Shown here: piece by piece, positions 25,465 to 32,000 of the stretch | Numbering within the stretch: position 1 is the first letter of the stretch | Layout of the letters: each line of letters opens with the position of its first letter | From: an uncultured archaeon | Lineage (GTDB): Archaea > Iainarchaeota > Iainarchaeia > Iainarchaeales > CSSED10-239 | Reading direction: 5' to 3' | Assembly (NCBI GenBank): GCA_964586355.1 | Contig: CAZPGO010000011.1 | Span: forward strand, 1-32,000 | DNA: 32,000 bases | Notes under the pieces: model-generated | Told to the model about the DNA's origin: nothing | Seen by the model: the letters and a program-made list of their open reading frames with translations, nothing else | Database searches by the model: none | Translations under genes and position numbers: made by a program

Positions 25465-25908
25465 ATGTTAAGAATATTTAAACCAAAAAGAAAAAAGAAA
25501 AAAATAATTAATCCAGAATACTCTAACAAAAGATATCTTGGTCCAAATAATTTACACCCAAAAGATATACCTACTCAGTTTATTTCTGGTAAGCAAGGTA
25601 TAGTTTTAGAAAAGGGTACAAAAATAAAAAAAGTAATTAATCCAGAGATCGATTCAAATTATTCTACAATAGTAACAGCAAAAAAAAGTATAGCAATTCC
25701 AGCTTATGAAAGAAAAGAGGGTTTTTTTCCTGGTGGACCTATAAAAAAACTAGTTAATAGCTTAGTTAATAAAATAAATAAACTTCATAAAAAACAACAG
25801 CTTTATGGCTTAACAAAAGTAGAAAAAATAAGATTAGGTCAATATCAGGCACAATTAAGAAACATTGTTGCTACTAGAGAGGGTACAAAAATAAAAAGAA
25901 TAAATTAA
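25465..25908 (+). CDS. Lysine-rich hypothetical protein with internal GTKIK[KR](V)IN(PE) repeats
   Basis: 147 aa, 9 nt downstream of acdA. Repeated KKKIINPEYS / GTKIKKVINPEIDS / GTKIKRIN(stop). Confidence 0.5.
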   Translation: MLRIFKPKRKKKKIINPEYSNKRYLGPNNLHPKDIPTQFISGKQGIVLEKGTKIKKVINPEIDSNYSTIVTAKKSIAIPAYERKEGFFPGGPIKKLVNSLVNKINKLHKKQQLYGLTKVEKIRLGQYQAQLRNIVATREGTKIKRIN

Positions 25909-26559
25909 TTATTTGTTTTTAGATTTTATGGCTTTATCTCTTTCTTTAAGTTTTTTATTAATTTCTAAAATCAATTCTTTTTTTGGAATACCATAGTTAT
26001 CACAAACCTCTCCAATCTCTAAAGAATCAATTTCTAATTTTGCCATAGGGCAAGAAAGACAAGGTACATTATATTTTTCTAAAATTTTTTCCATGCCTTT
26101 TAATTTAATTATTTTTCCAAGTTTTGTGTGTTCATCAACTTTCATTAAATCACCTACCTTGTTTTTTTCTAAATAATTTTTAATAGCTAAATGTAAGGCA
26201 TCTGCAGATAGATTAGAACAGTGCATTTTTACTGGTGGTAAGCCATCAAGTTCTTTTGCAACATCTGTTCTTGTTATTTTTAAGGCTTCTTCAAGAGTTT
26301 TTCCTTTAGCAAGATCAGTAATCATTGATGATGTTGCAATAGCAGCAGCACAACCAAGTGTTTTAAACTTAATATCTGTTATTATTTCTTTTTTTGTCTT
26401 TGGATCTTTTTTAACATTAATATAAATTCTCATAATATCCCCACATTTTAATCCTCCAACTTCTCCAAAAGAATCAGCTTTTTTAAGCTCTCCAAGGTTA
26501 TGTGGTTTTAAGAAATGATCCATAACTTTTTTTGAATATTTTTCCATATGTTTTTTCAC
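25909..26559 (-). CDS. nifU: IscU/NifU-type Fe-S scaffold fused to a C-terminal DUF1858-like CxxC domain
   Basis: The three scaffold cysteines sit in GLKCGD, LGCAAAIATS and HCSNLSADAL. The C-terminal ~70 aa (KILEKYNVPCLSCPMAK...VCDNYGI) resembles the hybrid-cluster-protein-associated redox disulfide/DUF1858 domain. Confidence 0.8.
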   Translation of the reverse strand: MKKHMEKYSKKVMDHFLKPHNLGELKKADSFGEVGGLKCGDIMRIYINVKKDPKTKKEIITDIKFKTLGCAAAIATSSMITDLAKGKTLEEALKITRTDVAKELDGLPPVKMHCSNLSADALHLAIKNYLEKNKVGDLMKVDEHTKLGKIIKLKGMEKILEKYNVPCLSCPMAKLEIDSLEIGEVCDNYGIPKKELILEINKKLKERDKAIKSKNK

Positions 26560-26562
26560 ATT

Positions 26563-27708
26563 TTATTTTTTTAAAGGCGACATTTTTCTTAATTGGTCAA
26601 CTATCTCTGTGATTGTTTCAATTGTGTATTTAATGTCTTCCTTTGTGGTTTCTTTACCAAGACTAATTCTTATAGATCCATGTGTGTCTTCTTGTCTAAG
26701 GCCAATAGCACTTAAGACATGGCTTGGTTCTAATGTATTAGAGGAACAAGCAGAACCAGTTGATACCTCTATTCCCTTGTGATCTAAAAGCAAAAGAATA
26801 GATTCTCCTTCTGCATATCTAAAAGTAACATTTACATTATTACACAATCTTTTTTTACCTAGTGGACCATTAATCCATGAATCATCAATATCAGATAATC
26901 CTTTTATTAATTGATTTCTTAATTCTTCCATATGTGAAATATCTTTTTCTTTAATAACATCAACAGATTTTCCAAAACCAACAATTCCAGAAACATTACT
27001 AGTGCCGCTTCTTATTCCATATTCATGTCCACCACCATGTAATAATGGTTCCAGTTTTAGACCTTCTTTTACAAATAACCCTCCAACGCCTTTTGGGCCA
27101 TAGATCTTATGAGCATTAATGGTCATAAAATCTATTTCTTCTTTTTTAAGATCAATTGGTACCTTTGTAAAACTTTGACAAGCATCTGTATGTAAAAGTG
27201 TTTTTTTTTCATGAACTATTTTTGATATTTCTTTAATATTTTGTATAGTTCCAATTTCATTATTTCCATGAATTATTGAAACCAATAATGTTTCTTTTGT
27301 TATTTCTTGTTCCAGTTTATTTAAATCAACAAACCCTTCTTTATCTACTGGTAAATAACTTATTTTATATCCGTTTTTTTCTAGGAATTTACAAGAATTA
27401 AGAACACAATCATGTTCTATTTTTGTAGTAATTATATGTTTTTTTTCTTTATTTGCATAAGCAAGACCTTTTAGAGCAAAATTATTACTCTCTGTTCCTC
27501 CAGAGGTAAATATTAATTTGTGGTCTTTGCCATTAGTTTTTTTAGAAATCTTTTCTCTAGCATTCTCCATAGCGTCTTTTGCAATTTCGCCCATTTTATG
27601 TAAAGAGGCAGTATTTCCATATTCTTTAGAAAAGAAAGGTTGCATTTCTTCAAAAACTTTCTTATCTACTGGTGTTGTTGCTGCATAATCTAAATATCTT
27701 TTTTTCAT
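26563..27708 (-). CDS. nifS: Cysteine desulfurase (NifS/IscS class)
   Basis: 381 aa. YLDYAATTP, PLP-lysine region INAHKIYGPKGVGGL, active-site loop STGSACSS. Confidence 0.92.
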   Translation of the reverse strand: MKKRYLDYAATTPVDKKVFEEMQPFFSKEYGNTASLHKMGEIAKDAMENAREKISKKTNGKDHKLIFTSGGTESNNFALKGLAYANKEKKHIITTKIEHDCVLNSCKFLEKNGYKISYLPVDKEGFVDLNKLEQEITKETLLVSIIHGNNEIGTIQNIKEISKIVHEKKTLLHTDACQSFTKVPIDLKKEEIDFMTINAHKIYGPKGVGGLFVKEGLKLEPLLHGGGHEYGIRSGTSNVSGIVGFGKSVDVIKEKDISHMEELRNQLIKGLSDIDDSWINGPLGKKRLCNNVNVTFRYAEGESILLLLDHKGIEVSTGSACSSNTLEPSHVLSAIGLRQEDTHGSIRISLGKETTKEDIKYTIETITEIVDQLRKMSPLKK

Positions 27709-27714
27709 ATTTTC

Positions 27715-28017
27715 TCAAATTTTATTTTGTTTACATCCGTTTTTACAATTATTTTTCATATGTTTTTCTACTATTAAAAATAAGGGATCTAGTGTTTTTT
27801 TATTTACTCTGTAAATTATTTTTTTACCAACTCTTTTTGAAAAAACAACATTACACCCTGCTAATATTTTTAAATTATGACTAACTTTTGATTGTTCTTC
27901 TGTAATTTCTTTACAGATATCAGAAACACATTTCTCTCCAGAATAAAGTGAACTTATAATATTCCATCTTGTTTTGTTGGAGATGACATTAAAAAAATAA
28001 TATGAAATGCATTTCAT
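27715..28017 (-). CDS. ArsR/SmtB-family winged-helix transcriptional regulator
   Basis: 100 aa. ...RWNIISSLYSGEKCVSDICKEITEEQSKVSHNLKIL...V.SKRVGKKIIYRVN is a typical ArsR HTH. It heads the nifS-nifU operon with a 6-nt gap. Confidence 0.8.
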   Translation of the reverse strand: MKCISYYFFNVISNKTRWNIISSLYSGEKCVSDICKEITEEQSKVSHNLKILAGCNVVFSKRVGKKIIYRVNKKTLDPLFLIVEKHMKNNCKNGCKQNKI

Positions 28018-28141
28018 ATATAATATATATCATATGTTCTATAAAAAGCTTTCTTTTTTTCCATAAAAAACCCATAACCTCTATTTTTAAAAATAATCTT
28101 TCTAATATCTAATAATAAAATAATTTTAAGAGAGAGAATAT

Positions 28142-28612
28142 ATGAAAAAACCAACAAGTGGATTAACAGCTATAAGAAATTTACAAAACTCAGCAAAAAA
28201 TTCTAGTAAGTTAAAAAGTTTTTTAGGAATAAAACCAAAAGCCCTAGGTGCAAAATATCTAAAAGATATAAGTCCAGTTATCGATTCTATAATAACACAT
28301 AAAATAAAAAATAAAAGATTATCTGTTTTATTAGGTGAAAAAACAGACTTTTCTTTAAAAGTATTAAAAATAAAAAAACATTTTTTAGATCTTTCTAATA
28401 AAGATCCTATTCTTGCAAGAGAAAACCTAGTTTCTGAAATCCACTCTTTACAGGCAGAATATTCAAAAGAAGTAAAGGTTTTAAAAAAACATACTTCTAA
28501 AAAAGCTGTTTTTGAATCAGTTGAACAAGATCTATCAAAAGCTTATTCTTATGTAATTAATATTTTAGATTCTGTTATATCTGTTTTACCCAAAGAAAAC
28601 AAAAGAAGATAA
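28142..28612 (+). CDS. Lysine-rich hypothetical protein
   Basis: 156 aa with no recognisable motif. AGAGAGAGAA lies upstream. Confidence 0.45.
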   Translation: MKKPTSGLTAIRNLQNSAKNSSKLKSFLGIKPKALGAKYLKDISPVIDSIITHKIKNKRLSVLLGEKTDFSLKVLKIKKHFLDLSNKDPILARENLVSEIHSLQAEYSKEVKVLKKHTSKKAVFESVEQDLSKAYSYVINILDSVISVLPKENKRR

Positions 28613-28613
28613 G

Positions 28614-29825
28614 TTATTTACTTAATATTTCTTTTACTTTTTCTATATTATTATTTTTTAACAGATCATATATTCTTTTATAATCAAAATTTGAAGAAAT
28701 GGGTAATTGTTTAATCTGTTCAAAAAAGATCTCAAAAGAGGTATCATTAATATTTACATTTTCTTTAGATTGTATTTCTTTTAATTTATCTATACTTTCT
28801 TTTAATGATTTTTCTTCAAGGTTATTAGTTATTGATAATATAACTTTTTCTTCATATTCTTTTTTTAGATTAGAAATGTTTAGATCTTTATTATATTCTC
28901 CAAGATTTAGATCTCCCTTTATTCTTACTCTTATAAGTGGTTTTTTTGTTTCATTTTTTGTTTCTATTATTTTTTTATTAATTTCTTCTTTTATTTTTTG
29001 TAAGATGTTTTCTGTTTTTTCTTTATTAAATTTAAGATCAATATAATAAGTTTTTCTTACATTTTTAATTATTTCAAAATCTATAGTTTTTAAAATAGTG
29101 TCAATTACAAAAAAACCCTTTTCTTTTCCAGTTTCTAATTTTTTTAATTGTGTAGTAACGGTTGATCCTGGTAAAATAAAAGTAGTTCCATTTTCTAATT
29201 TTTCTAAGCTTGACCAATGAAGGTGACCATTAATAATTAGATTAAAATCTTTTGGCAAATGTGATAAGGAAATAGTTGAGATCATATCATCTTCAAAAGG
29301 AAGATATTCTTTTATAGATTGATGTAACATTAATATGTTATATTCATTTTCAATAGGTTGTGGATTCCATTCCTTTAATACCTCTAAAGCATATTTGTCA
29401 GGAATTCCACTCATTCCAAAAACATTTATTTTTTCCGAATCTTTTGTAATTGTTATTTTTGATTTATGTAAAAAAGTTGTAAAACCAATAGCTTCTAATA
29501 TATCTACAGTGCTTTTTTGGTCTTTTCCTCTGTATTCGTGATTACCTATTATTGAGATCATTGGTATTTTTAATGTTCTATTTGAGTGGTTTTTAAGATC
29601 TAGATTATTTTCAACATTTATTTCAGACAAAAGGTTTATAGCATCATAAAAAATCTCTTGATTTGGGGTGTTTTGATCAAAAAGATCTCCTGGTGCTAGA
29701 ATCAGATCAACTTTTTTTTCTTCAATTTGTTTAAATGCTTCTTTGAGATTAAAAAAAGAGTCTTTTTCTAGTTGTGAACCCCAATCCACTCCAAGATGCC
29801 AATCACTAATAACTGCTATTTTCAT
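28614..29825 (-). CDS. mre11: Mre11/SbcD-like metallophosphoesterase nuclease
   Basis: Calcineurin-like phosphoesterase motifs are in order: ISDWHLG, GDLFD, GNHE, HQ, GHLH. The likely start is MKIAVISD (ATG at 29823-29825); the track ORF extends 16 codons further. The C-terminal coiled region is lysine-rich. Confidence 0.8.
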   Translation of the reverse strand: MKIAVISDWHLGVDWGSQLEKDSFFNLKEAFKQIEEKKVDLILAPGDLFDQNTPNQEIFYDAINLLSEINVENNLDLKNHSNRTLKIPMISIIGNHEYRGKDQKSTVDILEAIGFTTFLHKSKITITKDSEKINVFGMSGIPDKYALEVLKEWNPQPIENEYNILMLHQSIKEYLPFEDDMISTISLSHLPKDFNLIINGHLHWSSLEKLENGTTFILPGSTVTTQLKKLETGKEKGFFVIDTILKTIDFEIIKNVRKTYYIDLKFNKEKTENILQKIKEEINKKIIETKNETKKPLIRVRIKGDLNLGEYNKDLNISNLKKEYEEKVILSITNNLEEKSLKESIDKLKEIQSKENVNINDTSFEIFFEQIKQLPISSNFDYKRIYDLLKNNNIEKVKEILSK

Positions 29826-29924
29826 ATATATTTTATGGTTAGAAATCTTTTTTAAATGAAAACTTTTACACATATTTATTTTTAAATAACAATATAAACT
29901 TTTAGATCTTTTATATTTCTTATT

Positions 29925-31067
29925 ATGCTTAATAAAAGATCTGTTTCCCCATTGATCGCAACAATTTTATTAGTTGTTCTCTCTGTTATATTGATCACTG
30001 TTGTTTTAACATGGGGGAAAGGTTTTTCAAAAGAGAAATTAGATCAAACAAAAATAAAAGATACAAGTTATATTGGTTTAATAACAGCAAAACAAGTTTC
30101 AGATAATGCTTTTTATTTAATAACAACAAAAAACCTGCCATCTACTGAAATAATAGCATACAAAATTATTCCGTCATTAGAGCATCCTATCTTTTATTTA
30201 CTTGAAGATAAGATCTATACTTTATCTGAATCAGTTAACTTAACACCAAACTCATCTACTCTTTTTACAATAGATTGTGCTCCAGAAAAAAAATATACTG
30301 TTGTTTTAATTACTAGTGATAATAAATATATTCCAATAGAAATAAACAGCAATCTTTCTTACACTTATCTTGGTTGTATTGAAAAAAGTTGTATGGCCTA
30401 TAAAGAGAAATTTGTTAACTTGCCAGATGGTAATTATCCAATACAAATAGATAGTTTTCTATTTGATGTTTATTGTGACATGACAACAGATGGTGGTGGT
30501 TGGGCAATTGTTGCAACAAATAAAAATAATAGTAATCCAAATCATTTATCTGCAGCAAGTAGAGAAGTTTTTATAAATAATAATTATTCTGTTATTCCAG
30601 AAATAAGTACAATAGATAATGTTACAAAAGAAGGATACATTGCTTTAAAATATTGGACAGATCTAGCAAAAACAAAAGAACTAAGATTTGTTGTTGGGCA
30701 AAACACTCTTAAACTTGGTGGTTGGGAGTTTAGATCTGGACCAAGTTCTGATTGGTTACATTATTGGAATTATGCTGAATGTACTGGTCCTTATGCTGAT
30801 AGTTGTTGGGCTGCTAGTGATAATTGTGGTTTTACTTTTGACACACCCAGTGGAGAAAAAAACAGAGGCAGCATTTGCTATGGTTGGGCATATACAAGCA
30901 GCAACAACATATTTGCAAAAAAAAATTCTCCAAGATCTGGGTATTGGTTAGGTTGGTATTATAATGTGAGTAGATTTAATTTATTAGGAAATGCGCCAGA
31001 CACATTGTCTCCAGAATGGATGGATGTTGCCGGTGCTGTTGGCGACGCTCATATTGCTGTAAGATAA
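29925..31067 (+). CDS. Archaeal type IV pilin-like protein (class III signal peptide) with C-terminal fibrinogen-related (FReD-like) domain
   Basis: The N-terminus MLNKRSVSPLIATILLVVLSVILITVVL matches the archaeal pilin N-terminal motif ([KR]-x-VSP[VL]IAT[IV]LL). Residues ~151-380 start C..SC.AY......DG.Y.I.....FDVYCDMTTDGGGWAIV, the hallmark of fibrinogen C-terminal globular domains. Confidence 0.75.
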   Translation: MLNKRSVSPLIATILLVVLSVILITVVLTWGKGFSKEKLDQTKIKDTSYIGLITAKQVSDNAFYLITTKNLPSTEIIAYKIIPSLEHPIFYLLEDKIYTLSESVNLTPNSSTLFTIDCAPEKKYTVVLITSDNKYIPIEINSNLSYTYLGCIEKSCMAYKEKFVNLPDGNYPIQIDSFLFDVYCDMTTDGGGWAIVATNKNNSNPNHLSAASREVFINNNYSVIPEISTIDNVTKEGYIALKYWTDLAKTKELRFVVGQNTLKLGGWEFRSGPSSDWLHYWNYAECTGPYADSCWAASDNCGFTFDTPSGEKNRGSICYGWAYTSSNNIFAKKNSPRSGYWLGWYYNVSRFNLLGNAPDTLSPEWMDVAGAVGDAHIAVR

Positions 31068-31154
31068 TTATATTTTAGTAAATAAAAGTAGTATTCCTTT
31101 TAAAGATATTGGCTCTTAAATATTATAGATTTAATATATATAGAAAATAGATGT

Positions 31155-31225
31155 GCCTTGGTGGCAGACCGGTCATGCATTCGCCTGCAGAGCGAAAGAA
31201 TGGGGTTCGACTCCCTACCAAGGCT
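31155..31225 (+). tRNA. tRNA-Cys (GCA)
   Basis: Cloverleaf folded by hand. Acceptor GCCTTGG/CCAAGGC, anticodon stem TTCGC/GCGAA, loop CT-GCA-GA, T arm TGGGG-TTCGACT-CCCTA. Discriminator is T (U73, the Cys identity element). No encoded CCA and no intron. It is a GC-rich island in AT-rich DNA. Confidence 0.9.
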
Positions 31226-31232
31226 TATAATT

Positions 31233-31610
31233 TTACTTTGTTTCTTCAATTGCTTGGTCTATAACTTTTTTTTGTTGTTCAAGAGTTTTAATCTCTTCTC
31301 TTAATTTTTTAAAAAACTCTGGGTAACTACTGTTACTTCTAACGAACAAATCTAGATCAAATTCTTCTAATCCAACAACTTTTTTAGGTTCTTTCTTTGC
31401 AAGCTCATATATTTTTCTATAAGCTGTTTTTTTTCTTTTAATTGTTTTTTCATACATTTGACCAAAGCCTTGTAATTTTTTTGTTTTCTGTACTTTTGTT
31501 GATCTTGGATCTCTTAAAATTTCAGTAAGACTTTTTAATTTAGAATCCAAAATCTTTTTTGTTGCTGATTTTTTTCCAGTACCAGGTCCTTTAGGTGGCA
31601 TTTTTATCAC
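31233..31610 (-). CDS. Lysine-rich, coiled-coil hypothetical protein
   Basis: 125 aa (MIKMPPKGPGTGKK...). Its start lies 3 nt after the stop of the upstream partial ORF, so the two are probably co-transcribed. Confidence 0.5.
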   Translation of the reverse strand: MIKMPPKGPGTGKKSATKKILDSKLKSLTEILRDPRSTKVQKTKKLQGFGQMYEKTIKRKKTAYRKIYELAKKEPKKVVGLEEFDLDLFVRSNSSYPEFFKKLREEIKTLEQQKKVIDQAIEETK

Positions 31611-31613
31611 TCT

Positions 31614-32000
31614 TTACATTTCTTTTATATCTTTTAATACCTTTTTTATTTTTTCTTTTGCTAGCATACAAACAGATCCTGGAAACTCATCTCTAAGTTT
31701 TTCTCTCTCCATTCCAGTAAACAAAAGATCTATTGGTATAATTATTTGTTTTACTTTTTTTATTTCTATTTTTGCAAGATCTCTAATATTTAAATTACCA
31801 TTAACATCAATATATTCTTTTTTATCTTTTTGAAAAGTTTCTATTTTTTTTTGAGAAGGTGATTTTTCTTCAATCTCTTTTTTTTTAACTTTTGGTTTTT
31901 TTCCTCTTACTATCTCCCAGTGTTCGCTTTCGTGTTTTATTCTCCCTTCTATTAGTTCTTCAAGTTCTTCTGGTTCAGGATAATTTTGATCATTAACTTT
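31614..32000 (-). CDS. Hypothetical protein, partial (N-terminus beyond the 3' edge of the window)
   Basis: Open frame on the minus strand from the window edge to TAA (31614-31616). It translates ...EHWEIVRGKKPKVKKKEIEE...IIPIDLLFTGMEREKLRDEFPGSVCMLAKEKIKKVLKDIKEM. It is absent from the ORF track because no start lies in the window. Confidence 0.45.
   Translation of the reverse strand, partial: KVNDQNYPEPEELEELIEGRIKHESEHWEIVRGKKPKVKKKEIEEKSPSQKKIETFQKDKKEYIDVNGNLNIRDLAKIEIKKVKQIIIPIDLLFTGMEREKLRDEFPGSVCMLAKEKIKKVLKDIKEM

Noticed and set aside
29826-29873. 16-codon N-terminal extension of the Mre11 ORF (MCKSFHLKKISNHKIY)
   Set aside because: Mre11/SbcD proteins begin directly with the M-[KR]-hhhhSD.H motif. 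The internal ATG at 29825 reproduces that.
30375-31067. Diversity-generating retroelement (DGR) target at the C-terminus of the pilin/lectin gene; DGRs are known in DPANN archaea
   Set aside because: The window has no reverse transcriptase. I could find no template-repeat copy of the 3' end of the gene nearby. The C-terminus does not show the typical CLec/FGE-type variable-region ending.
1-32000. CRISPR arrays, rRNA genes, IS/transposase genes, integrases
   Set aside because: I saw no regularly spaced direct repeats, no rRNA-like GC-rich blocks and no transposase or integrase-like ORFs. The only GC-rich structured island is the tRNA-Cys.
1-32000. Alternative genetic code (stop-codon reassignment)
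   Set aside because: Long uninterrupted ORFs with full-length family matches are obtained with the standard code. TAA, TAG and TGA are all used as terminators at the expected protein ends.

Overview
The window is very AT-rich (about 27-30% G+C by eye) and tightly packed. It looks like a small-genome archaeon, most likely DPANN-type (Woese-/Pace-/Nanoarchaeota-like), though that placement is an inference. The informational genes are clearly archaeal: RPA-like ssDNA-binding protein, MCM, topoisomerase VI B and A, aIF-2beta, DUF424, aIF-1A, RIO kinase, a KH protein, Mre11 and tRNA-Cys. A fermentative pyruvate-to-acetate island is also present: porGDAB, ADP-forming acetyl-CoA synthetase alpha, and a bacterial-type acetate kinase. 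Other genes include an ArsR-NifS-NifU Fe-S operon, thymidylate kinase, an NCS2 nucleobase permease and a presenilin-like GxGD protease. There are also two orphan VirB11/FlaI-type secretion ATPases and several lysine-rich proteins of unknown function. Six observations deserve a second look. (1) A canonical LAGLIDADG intein is inserted in the TPP-binding loop of PorB. (2) An archaeal type IV pilin carries a C-terminal fibrinogen-related (VYCDMTTDGGGW) lectin-like domain and may be a host-attachment adhesin. (3) A 26-bp perfect direct repeat copies the tmk start and brackets one of the ATPase genes. (4) The palindrome AGATCT is strongly and specifically over-represented across the window. (5) AckA appears without Pta and ACD-alpha without ACD-beta. 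(6) Defence and toxin gene fragments lie at the 5' edge. I saw no CRISPR array, rRNA, transposase or reverse transcriptase.
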